64,000 nucleotides of DNA from Candidatus Eiseniibacteriota bacterium (GTDB lineage: Bacteria; Eisenbacteria; RBG-16-71-46), in NCBI GenBank assembly GCA_963744995.1, contig CAVUWA010000005.1, positions 224,001 to 288,000 on the forward strand. Direction: 5' to 3'. Shown one piece after another: positions 10,401 to 20,700 of this stretch. Each line of letters begins with the position of its first letter. Within the stretch, counting starts at the first letter, position 1. The translations under genes were made by a program, and so were the position numbers. The notes below the pieces were generated by a model. It was given only the letters and a program-made list of their open reading frames with translations. It searched no databases and was not told the origin of the DNA.

Positions 10401-10548
10401 CGCGCTCCTGGCAGACGGCGACCAGCAGGCCGGGCGGTACCGGCAGATCTGGCGGCCCGAGCGCGGGCGGGCCGGCTCGGGCCTCTATTTCGTGCGCCTG
10501 CGGGCCGGCGGCAGAACCCTCGTCCAGCGGGTGGCACTCGTCCGCTGA
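7441..10548 (+). CDS. Large secreted protein: propeller-like N-domain, Calx-beta, InlB-B/Ig-like repeats, FlgD-Ig-like tail
   Basis: Signal peptide (LFAALLLALLLPGWGGARA); PPDVGGAVG, DPRTVYD, RWGDFS motifs; Calx-beta (EGDSG..FTVRLS..VTFHTVDSTA..DY); tail APNP...GLYFVRL. GTG start uncertain. Confidence 0.8.
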   Translation: MRNSAASPARRLPRFRSSLFAALLLALLLPGWGGARAATPERGQADATHVPGERVSASRKAVVNFRELARREALGLVHRPPVRARLLPELFEEEEGEPGAAVTGAPAQAPLLPASPMAVQLASPAPSASFMGLDDIPMVDSSYIVIPPDVGGAVGQTKILEGLNNNYRALDKATGATLSTVGTATFWAATGAPLDALTDPRTVYDPYNDRWIAVMQTFESSASILVGVSQTSDPEGAWYLYRFDTGVSIDFPNLGFNKNWIVVSINRYSPGGTFQRGITLVVDYPQARAGTGVGTIFTQSANSHFCSSPCVTYSATADTEYVVTHLSSANATYVLDYITGTPSSPTYVSGTSALTRPGGGWVQPSGNLLPQSAPVAGSSACGATPCPIEVQDAQVRSAPAYRDGSIWYAQTIGLPSSGLTHTGVQWSRIRATDGAFLEGGRLEDPTATASNGGAWYAYPHLATNAAGDFVLGFSRFSSADHPSAGYAVHRASDGSGSLRDAYVFHAGEDYYHKTFTTAAGRNRWGDFSTAAVDPDDVGLWTVQEYAKARVGTDDGNGGANGSRWSTWWAGIDVTAPTPVVTLDPGPAAPEGDSGVTPFTFTVRLSAASALPVDVTFHTVDSTATVADGDYMTLDSTITIPAGQLTGSFGVRVLGDTLCEPDEVFGAVLASAHNAVVGTDFRADATILADDSKTIEATAGTGGNISPSGTVSVACFDSVQFQITPDSGFQIADVLVNGGSVGPVPAYTFTNVTTSGTIHATFSPVLYTLTLTSLGVGSLTKAPDQPDYASGSLVDVTATPGAGFAFVGWSGDTTGNDNPLTVLMNGNKNITGQFDDVAAPAVTVLSPNGGESFPVGSMQSLQWNALDNQVVARVTLALSRSGPGGPFDTLAADVPNTGQWDWTVTGSVTAQALLQVTARDSAGNAAADTSDSSFAISTVTAVDATPVTRIELSPVAPNPVVSSGAIAFALPFAMHIRLEVLDVQGRQVALLADGDQQAGRYRQIWRPERGRAGSGLYFVRLRAGGRTLVQRVALVR

Positions 10549-10625
10549 CCCCGGCCGCGGTTCACGATCCGGGCACCCGGTCGCAGCGCGACGAGTCATA
10601 CGACCACCCGACGCATTGCACGAAC

Positions 10626-10650
10626 TGGTGCCGGGAACAGAGCTCGAACC
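10626..10650 (-). repeat. att-like copy C: tRNA-Leu 3' end
   Basis: tggtgccgggaacagagctcgaacc matches tRNA 12485-12509 at 22/25, including CCA. Confidence 0.75.
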
Positions 10651-10834
10651 CTGCGGGGCACCTGCAGCTCGGTGTGGTGGGAGTGGCTGCGGAACCGCGA
10701 CCTGGATTTTGCTATCAGGCGGCGGCCCAAAGCACGACAATGCCTCCACGGGTCCCCCGGATCGGGAGTGGCGAAGGCCGACAGCGACAAACCGGTTGCC
10801 AACCCACCGCAGAACTCGGCATGGAGTGAGACCC

Positions 10835-12445
10835 ATGCGCACATTTGGTCGTGGGATTCTGTCCTCGAGCCCATTGCGCCGGATCATTCCGGCGGTTGTG
10901 CTGCCGTTCTTCGTTTGCGGCTGCGGCAAAGGCGTTGGAGTGGGAGCTGGAGGCAGCCAGCCCTACTACCCTGCAGATGTCCACTTCGCAGCGTGGGACT
11001 CGCTCGGGACCGCGCAGTGCCGGGGCTGGGTGTTCAACCAGGGTTTCGAGGCAAGCGACGTTCGGGTGCAGCTCTGGTACGCGACCCCCTCAGGCGAAAT
11101 GTCTCAGGTGGCGTCCATCCCGGGCACCGTCGGAACTTTCCGTGGCGCGTCGTTCTTCGCAGCACCGCAGTTGACCGGAGGTGAACCCAGATTCCCGCGG
11201 GTCGGCACCGTGACCTTCTCCAATGAGCAGGGCAACTATGGTGGGAGTTCGCCGGCGCAGCCACGCACCCCCGATCTGGAGCTCACGATGGTCTGGTGCC
11301 AGCTGGACGGGGACTCGGTCCAGTGCGAGGTCAAGAACCACGGTGGCTATGCGTACGGCGTCGTCGTGCACCTGGATACCCGCGACGGACCTCGCGATGT
11401 CGCACTGGCCCCTGATCCTCTGCCGTATGGCGTGAAAACCCGACTGAGTTCCGTAGTAGGAGACTCGGCAGGAGTTCCCGTGTCGCCTCGCGTGACCAGT
11501 GTCCACTGGGAGGACTACGGCGGCACGCCCGGGGACCTGATCTCGCCCACGACGTCGCGCCAGATCTACGACTGCAGCCCGCCAACGCTGAGTCTCCAGT
11601 GGGGCGGAACGGGTTCCGGAGAAGGTGAATTCCAGTATCCGACCGGCATTGCGATAGGGGCCGGAGGCAACATCTACGTTGCGGACACCGGAAATGACCG
11701 CATTCAGGTCTTTTCCAGCACCGGCACGTACGTCACCAGGTGGGGCGGTTCCGGAACGGGAAACGGGCAGTTCCGGGGCCCGAGGGGAATCGCGGTAGCG
11801 GCCAACGGCAATGTCTACGTTGCGGACGGGTCAAACGACCGCATCGAAGTATTCAACAGCAGCGGAACGTACATCACCCAGTGGGGCAGCACCGGCATTG
11901 GGAACGGGCAGTTCCATGGGCCGAGTTGGGTGGCGGTGGGCGAAGGAGGCGCGGTCTACGTCGTGGACAGCGACCGCATTCAGGTGTTCACCGGCGACGG
12001 CGCCTACGTCTTCCAGTGGGGCGGGTACGGCTTCGGGAATGGCCAGTTCGCAATCCCGAGCGGCGTGGCCGCCGCTGCGAGCGGCAATGTACTCGTGGCG
12101 GATCGGCAAAACAATCGCATTCAGGTCTTCACCAGTACCGGGGCATATGTCGCGCAATGGAGCACTCGCTCTCCCACCGGGGTGGCGTTCGACTCCGACG
12201 GCAACATTTTCGTGACGAACTACGATTTGAGTCAGGTGCAGGAATTCACCGGCAGCGGTGGGTTCATTACGCAGTGGGGCATGTACGGCAGCGGAAGCGG
12301 TCAGTTCAAGTACCCGACCGGGGTGGCGGTGGATGTGAGCGGCAGCGTCTACGTTGCGGACTCGAACAACAACCGCATTGAGAAGTTCGACTTCGCACCC
12401 TCCGCGGTGACCTTTTCGGACCGGGCCGGAAACCCCTTCCGCTGA
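10835..12445 (+). CDS. NHL-repeat beta-propeller lipoprotein
   Basis: Lipobox-like VCGC; six NHL repeats (WG.xG.GxGQF..P.G.AV...GN.YVAD..N.RI.VF). Confidence 0.85.
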   Translation: MRTFGRGILSSSPLRRIIPAVVLPFFVCGCGKGVGVGAGGSQPYYPADVHFAAWDSLGTAQCRGWVFNQGFEASDVRVQLWYATPSGEMSQVASIPGTVGTFRGASFFAAPQLTGGEPRFPRVGTVTFSNEQGNYGGSSPAQPRTPDLELTMVWCQLDGDSVQCEVKNHGGYAYGVVVHLDTRDGPRDVALAPDPLPYGVKTRLSSVVGDSAGVPVSPRVTSVHWEDYGGTPGDLISPTTSRQIYDCSPPTLSLQWGGTGSGEGEFQYPTGIAIGAGGNIYVADTGNDRIQVFSSTGTYVTRWGGSGTGNGQFRGPRGIAVAANGNVYVADGSNDRIEVFNSSGTYITQWGSTGIGNGQFHGPSWVAVGEGGAVYVVDSDRIQVFTGDGAYVFQWGGYGFGNGQFAIPSGVAAAASGNVLVADRQNNRIQVFTSTGAYVAQWSTRSPTGVAFDSDGNIFVTNYDLSQVQEFTGSGGFITQWGMYGSGSGQFKYPTGVAVDVSGSVYVADSNNNRIEKFDFAPSAVTFSDRAGNPFR

Positions 12446-12484
12446 CTCCTGCACGGGGCAGAGCCGCTCAGCTGTTGCCGTGCT

Positions 12485-12570
<86 letters not shown>

Positions 12571-12612
12571 ATACGTGGAGGCGCGGGCGGGCGGCGCGCC
12601 GCCCGCCGCTGG

Positions 12613-13854
12613 TCACACCTTCGGTGTTCCCGTCACCACGCGGAACGTGTCGCGGGCGATGAGCAGCTCCTCGTTGGTCGGGATCACGTAGGCCTTGCGC
12701 TTCGAATCGGGCGTGGTGATCTCGCCGGTGTCGCCACCCTTGAGCGCCTCGTTCTTCGCTTCGTCGAGCTCCAGACCGAGCGTTCCCAGGTGGGCGGTGA
12801 TGCATTTGCGGATCAGCGCCGAGTTCTCGCCAATGCCGCCCGTGAACACGATCGCGTCGGGATCGCACACCGCCACGTAGGCGCCGATGTACTTGCGCAC
12901 CCGGTAGCAGAACATGTCGATCGCGAGCCGCGCACGGCGGTCGTGGTTCTCCTCGACCTCCGCAATCAGGTCGCGCATGTCCGCGGTGAGCCCGGACACG
13001 CCGAGCAGGCCCGACTGCTTGTTGAGCATGGCCTCCAGCTCGGTCGGGCCCATCCCCTCCTTGTGGCCCAGGTACTCGAGGATCGAGGCGTCCAGGTCGC
13101 CCGAGCGCGTCGCCATGAGCAGGCCTTCGAGCGGCGTGAAGCCCATGGACGTGTCGATCGAGCGGCCGCCGCGGATCGCGCAGGCCGAGCAGCCGTGGCC
13201 CAGGTGCAGCGTGATCAGGTTCACCTGCTCGCGCTCGAGCCCCAGCATCCTGCGGTAGCGGTAGCCGATGTAACGGTGGGACGTGCCGTGAAAGCCGTAG
13301 CGGCGGATCTTGTAGCGCCGGTAGTGCGAGTACGGGATGCCGTAGAGGAACGCCACGTCGGGCATCGTCGAATGGAACGCGGTGTCGAACACGACGACCT
13401 GCGGCACGTCCTCGCCGAGCAGCTCCTGCACGGCACGGATGCCCTTCAGATTCGCCGGGTTGTGCAGCGGCGCGAGGTCGATGCACTCCTCGATGCCCGC
13501 GATCACGTTTGGATCGATGCGCACCGAGTCCTTGAACTTTTCGCCGCCGTGCACGACGCGGTGGCCGACGCCGTGGATGTCGGCGAGCGAGCGAATGGTG
13601 TCGATCTTCGATTCGTTCGACACGATCCAGCGCAGGATCCTGTCGATGGCCGCACGATGGTCGCGGAGCGGCGCGTCGGTCTTGAGCGCCGGCTGACCGG
13701 CGACCTCGAGGGTGATGATGGCGTGACTGCCGATTCGTTCGATCAGACCGCGTGCGAGGCAGCGGTCGTCGTCGCGTGAAATACGGTCCTGATCGGTATC
13801 GATGATCTGGAACTTGACCGACGAGGATCCGCAATTGAGGACGAGTACGTTCAT
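12613..13854 (-). CDS. ackA: Acetate kinase
   Basis: VLNCGSSSVKF, GHRVVHGG, LAPLHNP, RRYGFHGTSH, DTSMGFTPLEGL, FTGGIGEN, IPTNEEL. Confidence 0.96.
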   Translation of the reverse strand: MNVLVLNCGSSSVKFQIIDTDQDRISRDDDRCLARGLIERIGSHAIITLEVAGQPALKTDAPLRDHRAAIDRILRWIVSNESKIDTIRSLADIHGVGHRVVHGGEKFKDSVRIDPNVIAGIEECIDLAPLHNPANLKGIRAVQELLGEDVPQVVVFDTAFHSTMPDVAFLYGIPYSHYRRYKIRRYGFHGTSHRYIGYRYRRMLGLEREQVNLITLHLGHGCSACAIRGGRSIDTSMGFTPLEGLLMATRSGDLDASILEYLGHKEGMGPTELEAMLNKQSGLLGVSGLTADMRDLIAEVEENHDRRARLAIDMFCYRVRKYIGAYVAVCDPDAIVFTGGIGENSALIRKCITAHLGTLGLELDEAKNEALKGGDTGEITTPDSKRKAYVIPTNEELLIARDTFRVVTGTPKV

Positions 13855-13946
13855 GATCTTCTCCCAGCCTCCCCCGCCGGCGGGCAGGCACCGGCGCCTG
13901 CACGGTATCACGCCCGTGCGCGGGCGCCACCCGGCCGCCGGGTACG

Positions 13947-13981
13947 AAAAACGCCCAGGTCCTGTCCGTAGGACCCGGGCG
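13947..13981 (-). terminator. Intrinsic terminator after actF
   Basis: 12-bp stem CGCCCGGGTCCT/AGGACCTGGGCG followed by TTTTT on the minus strand. Confidence 0.75.
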
Positions 13982-14013
13982 CGCAAGCGCGCAGAGGAGT
14001 CGTGCCGCGCGCG

Positions 14014-15297
14014 CTAGTGCTCCGGCCCTCCATGGGCGGCCAGGACGTCCGGAACCTTGACGCTCGGGAATTTGGTCAGGAAACCCTGCACGGTCCAGCC
14101 GAACAGACCGAGGAAGCCGATCCCGACGCCGACCTCGCCGAGCCCGATCCAGACCGCGTCGGGGTTCAGCGACGGCATCATCAGCACGTGCCGCTCGATC
14201 CAGATGCCGGCCATGATCAGCAGGCAGAACAGACTCAGGAGCAGCGGGCTGCTCTTGGACTTCTTGTTGAGCATGCCGAGGAACGGGATCGCGAAGATCA
14301 TGATGAACGCGGCGAACGCCCAGGGCCGCCACGGGTTCTCGAAGCGCAGGAACACCCAGCCGGTCTCCTCGGGCATGTTCGAGTACCAGATCGGCAGGTA
14401 CTGCGACCAGAACAGGTACACCCAGAAGATCGAGAACGCGAAGATCACCTTGCCGATGTCCCAGAAGTGGTTCGGGGTGATGTAGGCTTCGAGCCGGTAC
14501 TTGCTGCGGACCTGCGTGGCGATGAGCGCGGTCATGCAGACGCCAGAGAGAAACGCCGCCGCGTAGACGTACCAGCCGAACAGCGAGCTGACCCAGTTCG
14601 GCGTGATCGACATGATGAAGTCCCAGCCGATCACGCTGAAGAAGACCACGAACGCCAGCACGACCTGGGGCGACAGGTGCGCGAGCTGGTGGCGCTGCCA
14701 CGCGACCTCCTCCTCGTCGCCGCGCCAGCCCGCCGAGAGCTTCTCGTAGGTGGCCTTGAGCTTCTCGGGCACGTGCGGCTTGAGGAGATGCGCGTCGGTG
14801 CGCAGCGAGATTTTCACCAGCTTGCTCGCCAGCCACCAGAACAGCAGCTGGCCGCCGAGCGTGCGGATCCAGAGGAACGGCAGGTTCAGATACTTCGCCT
14901 GGCGCGGGTCGACGTGATGCGTCCACGGGAACAGGTTCCACACGCCGCCCGCGAGCAGCACGACCACGGCCGCGAAGCCGACCGGCAGGAACGCCGACAG
15001 CGATTCGCCGATCCGCATGATCGGCCCCGCCCACCGGCCGTTGGTGAGGCGGATCGCCGCGGCCAGCACCACGCCGCCCTGGGCGATTCCGAGCCAGAAG
15101 ATCACGTTGATCGCGTACGAGCCCCACGCGCGCGTCGGATTCACCATGAACAGATACGCGAGCGAGATCACCCCGATCACCAGACAGGCGATCCAGATCT
15201 GGCGCTTGCGCACGTTGGGCGTCACCGGAAGCTTCGCGGCGATGTCCTTGAGGATGTCGTCGTGCGCGTCGTGCATGTCGGCCTGGGAAGCGCTCAT
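14014..15297 (-). CDS. actF: Alternative complex III membrane subunit ActF
   Basis: Multi-TM NrfD paralogue: YLNLPF..R, WDFIMSITPNWVSSLFG, YLFWSQYLPIWYSNMPEE; last gene of the cluster. Confidence 0.88.
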   Translation of the reverse strand: MSASQADMHDAHDDILKDIAAKLPVTPNVRKRQIWIACLVIGVISLAYLFMVNPTRAWGSYAINVIFWLGIAQGGVVLAAAIRLTNGRWAGPIMRIGESLSAFLPVGFAAVVVLLAGGVWNLFPWTHHVDPRQAKYLNLPFLWIRTLGGQLLFWWLASKLVKISLRTDAHLLKPHVPEKLKATYEKLSAGWRGDEEEVAWQRHQLAHLSPQVVLAFVVFFSVIGWDFIMSITPNWVSSLFGWYVYAAAFLSGVCMTALIATQVRSKYRLEAYITPNHFWDIGKVIFAFSIFWVYLFWSQYLPIWYSNMPEETGWVFLRFENPWRPWAFAAFIMIFAIPFLGMLNKKSKSSPLLLSLFCLLIMAGIWIERHVLMMPSLNPDAVWIGLGEVGVGIGFLGLFGWTVQGFLTKFPSVKVPDVLAAHGGPEH

Positions 15298-15839
15298 CGG
15301 GGGTCCGCCTGCTGGCGGGAGCGGATGTAGTTGACCAGGTTCCACGCCATCTCGGGCGGCACCTGGAAACCGTAGCTGGGCATCACCGCCCCGCCGTGGC
15401 GGATGTACGAGTAGATGTAGCCGTCGCTGCGGTCGCGCGTCAGCTTGGCGTGCAGGTCGGGCGGCGGCACGAAGAACTGGATCACCGGTCCGTCGCCCTT
15501 CATGTCCGGGCCGTGGCACGGGACGCAGGTCAGCTTGAACTGCGCCTCGCCGGCCGCGATCGAGGCCTCGGTCGGGGGGACCGGGTTCTGGAGCGTCGCC
15601 GCGAGCGTCTTCAGATCGCCTTCCACGTCGACGCCCTGCTCGGGAATCGAGCCCTCGGGCGGCGTGCGCGTCACGGTCTTCTGCGGCTTGAGCGCGACCG
15701 TCCAGCGCATGTCGCGGATCGGGAAGTAGGCCCAGTGCGTCATGGACGTCGTGGCGTCGTGCACGCCCTTCTGCACCGTCGACGCGGTGAGCATCGTCAT
15801 GAGCGCGGCGATCGCGAGCCCGGCGAGGAACTTAATCAT
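15294..15839 (-). CDS. actE: ACIII monoheme cytochrome c ActE
   Basis: Single CVPCH, distal MPSY, RTPPEGSIP; position between actD and actF. Confidence 0.85.
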   Translation of the reverse strand: MIKFLAGLAIAALMTMLTASTVQKGVHDATTSMTHWAYFPIRDMRWTVALKPQKTVTRTPPEGSIPEQGVDVEGDLKTLAATLQNPVPPTEASIAAGEAQFKLTCVPCHGPDMKGDGPVIQFFVPPPDLHAKLTRDRSDGYIYSYIRHGGAVMPSYGFQVPPEMAWNLVNYIRSRQQADPR

Positions 15840-16386
15840 GGACCTTCGCCTCCTCGGCGCCGTGGCCCTTGAGCATCTGTTCCACGCGCTTCGCGTCGTC
15901 GCCCCTGCACGGCACCCAGATCCCGATCCGGTCTTCGGTGAAACGCGGGTCGTAGGGCGCTTTCAGCTTCATGTGCGGCAGCCGTGCCAGCGCGAGCATG
16001 CCGATGAGGTTCGCGATGCCGCCGAGCAGGATCATCGACTCGTAGGTCGGAATGATGAACGGCGGCACCGAGATCAGCTCCTTGCCGCCCGTGACGAGCG
16101 GGTAGGAAATGACCGAGTACACGCACAGCGCCATGCCGCCGGTCGCGCCGAGCACGCCGCCGATAAACGTGACCCAGCGCACCAGGGAGGGGCCCTGTTC
16201 CATCGCGTGCTCGATCTCGTGGTGCGGCACCGGCGAGATCACCGCGATGTTGCGGTGTCCGGACTGGCGCAGCGTCGTGACGGCATCGGTCGCGTCATCG
16301 ACGTAATAGAACACGCCCATCACCCCCTCGTACTTGCCGGGCTTCGGGCCGAGGAGCTTGAGCAGGAATTCGAAGATCGCGTTCAT
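15832..16386 (-). CDS. actD: ACIII subunit ActD (DUF3341)
   Basis: SPVPHH, YPLVTGGK..PPFIIPTYE, YDPRFTEDR; two TM helices. Confidence 0.88.
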   Translation of the reverse strand: MNAIFEFLLKLLGPKPGKYEGVMGVFYYVDDATDAVTTLRQSGHRNIAVISPVPHHEIEHAMEQGPSLVRWVTFIGGVLGATGGMALCVYSVISYPLVTGGKELISVPPFIIPTYESMILLGGIANLIGMLALARLPHMKLKAPYDPRFTEDRIGIWVPCRGDDAKRVEQMLKGHGAEEAKVHD

Positions 16387-17790
16387 CTAGTGCCCGCCCT
16401 TCCGACTGCCGCGCCGGTAGGGGAACCGCACGGTCTCCTTGATCTCGGCGATCGAGAAGGCCGGCAGCACGCGGACGAAGATCAGGAAGAACATGCCGAA
16501 CCACGCGAACGCGCCCGCGGTGATCGCGGCTTCCGTCCAGCTCATCTTGTAGTTCACCCAGGTCGCCGGGTCGAACGAACGCGTCAGTGAGGTGACGATG
16601 ATCGTGAAGCGCTCGAACCACATGCCGACGTTCACGAACAGCGCGATGATGAACAGCGCGGTCATGTTGCGGCGCACCGGCTTGAACCACAGCAGCAGCG
16701 GGATGATCACGTTGCACGTGAACATGATCCAGAACGCCCACCAGTAGTGGCCGGTCGCGCGGAACCAGAAGACGTCGCGCTCGAACTTGTTGGGGCCGTA
16801 CCAGGCCATGAAGAACTCGGTCAGGTACGAATAGCCGACCATCGTGGAGGTGAGCAGCACCAGCTTGGCCAGCTTCTCCATGTGGTCGATCGTCACGATG
16901 TGCTTCAGGTTGAAGCCCTTGCGGATGATGATCAGCAGATTGATCACCAGCGCCACGCCCGAGAAGATCGCGCCGGCCACGAAGTAGGGCGCGAACAGCG
17001 TGGAGTGCCAGCCGGGCACCTGGGCCATCGCGAAGTCCCACGACACCACCGAGTGCACCGAGAACACCAGCGGCGTCGCCATCGCGGCGAAGAACAGGTA
17101 CGCGCTGTAGAAGTGCTTCCAGTTGTTGTTGGTGCCCTGCCAGCCCCACGAGACCGCGGTGTAGATCAGCTTCATCAGCGGGTGCTTCGCGCGGTCGCGC
17201 GCCGCCGCCGTGTCCGGGATCAGGCCGACGAAGAAGAAGATGCTGGAGATCGTGAGGTACGTGGACACGGCGAACACGTCCCACTCCAGCGGCGAGCGGA
17301 AGTTCGGCCAGATCTGGCGCTGGTTCGGGTAGGCGATCAGCCAGTATCCGAACCACGGGCGGCCGGTGTGCAGCAGCGGGAACACGCCCGCGGTGAGCAC
17401 CCCGAACACCGTCATGGCTTCGGCCACGCGATACACGGCGCGGCGGAAGTGCGAGCGGAACAGGAACAGCACCGCCGACACCAGCGTGCCGCAGTGCGCG
17501 ATGCCGACCCAGAACACGAAGTTGGTGATGTACGCCGACCACATGACCGGGCGCGTGTAGCCGGCGACGCCGAGGCCGAGCACGATCTGGTTGCGGAGCG
17601 CGAGGAAACCGAACGCCAGGACCGTCAGATCGAGGATGAAGATCGACCACCAGATCTTGCCCGGCAGCGAGATCATCTTGAGGATGTCGTCGTTGAGTGA
17701 CTTCTGCGTCACGTACGCCGGCATCGGCTCTTCGGCGACCTGCACCTCGTTCACGCCGTGGACCGGCTGTTCGACCGTGGTCGCGCTCAC
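16387..17790 (-). CDS. actC: ACIII quinol-binding subunit ActC (NrfD/PsrC family)
   Basis: ITNFVFWVGIAHCGTLVSA, HTGRPW, WPNFRSPLEWDVFAVSTY, SVHSVVSWDFA, GMWFERF. Confidence 0.93.
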   Translation of the reverse strand: MSATTVEQPVHGVNEVQVAEEPMPAYVTQKSLNDDILKMISLPGKIWWSIFILDLTVLAFGFLALRNQIVLGLGVAGYTRPVMWSAYITNFVFWVGIAHCGTLVSAVLFLFRSHFRRAVYRVAEAMTVFGVLTAGVFPLLHTGRPWFGYWLIAYPNQRQIWPNFRSPLEWDVFAVSTYLTISSIFFFVGLIPDTAAARDRAKHPLMKLIYTAVSWGWQGTNNNWKHFYSAYLFFAAMATPLVFSVHSVVSWDFAMAQVPGWHSTLFAPYFVAGAIFSGVALVINLLIIIRKGFNLKHIVTIDHMEKLAKLVLLTSTMVGYSYLTEFFMAWYGPNKFERDVFWFRATGHYWWAFWIMFTCNVIIPLLLWFKPVRRNMTALFIIALFVNVGMWFERFTIIVTSLTRSFDPATWVNYKMSWTEAAITAGAFAWFGMFFLIFVRVLPAFSIAEIKETVRFPYRRGSRKGGH

Positions 17791-20700
17791 GCGTGGCCCT
17801 CCCCGTTCCGGTCGATCTTCTTGAGGTACGTCACGCCGGGCTTGGTGTTGAGCTCGTTGAGTACCCAGTAGCGCCGCTCGCTGTCGAACGACAGCTTCGA
17901 CACGCGGCTCTCGGGGTCGGCCAGATCACCGAACACGATGGCCTCGGTCGGGCAGGTCTGCGCGCAGGCGGTGATGATTTCGCCGTCGCGCACCTCGCGA
18001 TTCTCGTCCTTCGCGTCGCCCTTGCCCTTGAGAATGCGCTGCACGCACATCGTGCATTTCTCCATGACGCCCTTGGAGCGCACGGTGACGTCCGGGTTGA
18101 GCTGCCAGTTGAGCGGCTCGGGGAACGCGAAGGTGTCCTTCTCGGGTGCGCCGTAATCGAACCAGTTGAACGTCCGCACCTTGTACGGGCAGTTGTTCGA
18201 GCAGTAGCGCGTCCCCACGCAGCGGTTGTAGACCTGCGCGTTGAGTCCTTCGGGGTTGTGGTAGGTCGCATACACGGGACACACGATCTCGCAGGGCGCA
18301 TCGGTGCAGTGCTGGCACATCATCGGCAGGAAGCGCACGTCGGGTTTCGCGTCGTCGACCTTCTGCTCCCAGCGTTCGATGCGGATCCACATCATCTCGC
18401 GCCCGCGCTTGATGATCTCGGGTCCGACGACCGGCACGTTGTTCTCGGCGTTGCACGCCACGATGCAGGCGTTGCAGCCGGTGCAACGATCGAGGTCGAT
18501 CGCCATCGCCCAGCGATGCGTCGCGTTCTTGTAGCTGCCCCGGTCGATCGGGTTGCGCTTCGGGGCGCGCGCCGGCTCCTCGGATTCGAAGGCGGTGATC
18601 GCCTGCGCCGGCGGCTTGTAGCCGGCCGGGTGCTTCATCGGCTCGGTGAACTGACCCGGCCGCGTCTGCGACGGCGGCACCGCGTGTTCCTCGCCGCCGT
18701 GGCCACCCTCCGCGCCGTGGCCGGCGGCACCACCCATGAGCGCCGAAATCGGAATGATCTGCGCGATCCCGCGGTCGTGCTGGTCCATCTCTCGCTGCGT
18801 CACGACCAGATCCATCGCCTTCGCGCCTCTGGTGAGCGACGCTTTCGCGCTCAGGAACGCCACCGCTCCGGAGGCCTCGTCCTGCGCCGCGGCCAGCAGT
18901 TGCGTTCCGTTCACGCCGCGCCCCGTCGCGTAGCGGCCATAGCCGGTGTGACCCTGGCCGAGCGGCATCGCCACGACGTCCTTGCGCATGCCGGCGTAGA
19001 GGTACACCGGCAGCTCCGCGCTGCCGGCGTCGGTCTGAATCCGGATCGGGTCGCCGTTCTCGACGCCCAGCTTCGCCGCGGTGTCCGGGTGCACTTCGGC
19101 CCACGTTCCCCAGACCGCCTTGGTCGTCGGATCGGGCGTCTCCTGCAGCCATGGCTTGTTGGCGCCGCGGCCGTCGAAGAGCTGCACCGAGGGATAGAGC
19201 ACGAGCGCGAGGTCACCCGCGCCCTGCAGCTCCGGTGCGGAGAATGCCGGCGTCGAAGCCCAGCGCACCGCGGGCGCCTGAACCTCTTCCCACACGCCGC
19301 CTTTCTGCAGCGCATCCTTCCAGAAGTCGTCGAACGGACGTCCGGCGCCCAATCGTGAGTGCAGGCGGCGCCACTGGCCCTTGACGTAGTCTTCCCACGT
19401 CGCCGGGAAACCCGCGTTCACCTGCGCGCTCGCGGCGAGTGCGATGAGCGCCTCGCCGGCCGGCTTCGAATCGAAGACCGGCACTTTCTGCATCGCCGGC
19501 TGGATCACCGAGTGCACGCCTCGCACGGTCTCGAGATCGCCGAACGACTCGATCGCGTGGGACGCGGGCAGCACCAGGTCGCAGGCGGCCGCCGTCTCGT
19601 CCATGGCCTGGGCGATTGCGATCTTGTACGGCACCTTCTCCATCGCGGCGCCGAAGCCCGCCCACGCCGGCACCGCGTACACCGGGTTCGCGCCGTGCAC
19701 GACGAGCACGTCGATTTCGCCACCGCTCATCGCGCTCATCAGCTGCTGCACGTCGCTGAACGGCGCCACTGCGCCGAAATCGAGGGTGCGGTCGAAGCGC
19801 ACCGTGCGACCGATGTTGCCGGCCACGTAGTTGAGCAGGTTGACCGCCGCTTGCAGGGCGACCGACTTGTCGCTCTGGGCCGCCACGCCGCCGGCCACCG
19901 CGAGGCCCGGAGCATGCGAGGCGAACTCCCGCGCGAGGCGAGTGATCGTCTCGGCGGGGACGTCGGACTGTTCGGCAGCGGCCGCGGGGCTCCATGCCGA
20001 CACGGCCTCGAGCAGACGGCCGCGCTCGGCCAGCGCCGGACCGAGGTTCTCGCTGAGGATCACGTGGGCCATGCCGAGCGCGATCGCGATCTCGCGACCC
20101 GGACGCACCGCCACCCACTCGTCGGCGCTCACACCGGTCATCGACAGCCGCGGCTCGACGGTCACGAAGCGACGCTCGTGATGCGTGCGCATCGCGGCGA
20201 AGTCGCGCGCGTAGCCGACCGGCGAAATCCACGTCTCCAGGAAGTCGGCGCCGAACGACACCAGCATCCCGGCGGCGGCGAAGTCGAAGTGCGGCACGGT
20301 GGACTGGCCGAACGTGCGGCCGTTGGCCTCGCGCAGGCTCTCGTGGGCGAACGGCTCGTAGACGAGGTGACGGCCGTTCATCGCCGCGGCCCATTCGGTC
20401 GCGAGGCGCTGGAACGAACCCGGCGCGTGGTCGGTGACGAGCGCGACGCCCTTCTTGCCGCGCGCCGCATCGCCGAGCCGCGTCCCCGCGAGCTTCAGGG
20501 CATCGTCCCACGACACCGGTTTCCAACCGGAGCCGTCCTTCACCATCGGCGACTTGAGCCGGTCCGGATCGTAGAGGCTCTGCACGCCGGCCTGTCCGCG
20601 CGCGCACAGGCCGCCGCGGTTGACCGGGTGATCGCCGAGGCCCTCGACCTTGATCGCGCGCCCCTCGCGGGTCTTGACGCTGACACCGCAGCCCGCCGGG

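Larger units (their letters stand above)
6749..12484. mobile_element. Tandem integrase-less islands at the 3' end of tRNA-Leu
   Basis: Three degenerate direct repeats of the tRNA 3' end (6749, 7069, 10626) downstream of tRNA-Leu; cargo is secreted-protein genes only. Confidence 0.7.

Noticed and set aside
11590..12390. Periodic DNA repeats in the NHL gene as CRISPR or DGR-type repeats
   Set aside because: In-frame protein repeats with synonymous divergence; no spacers, cas or reverse transcriptase genes.
13190..13210. AckA HLGHG in place of the usual HLGNG
   Set aside because: Single substitution with the other motifs intact; no basis for a functional claim.
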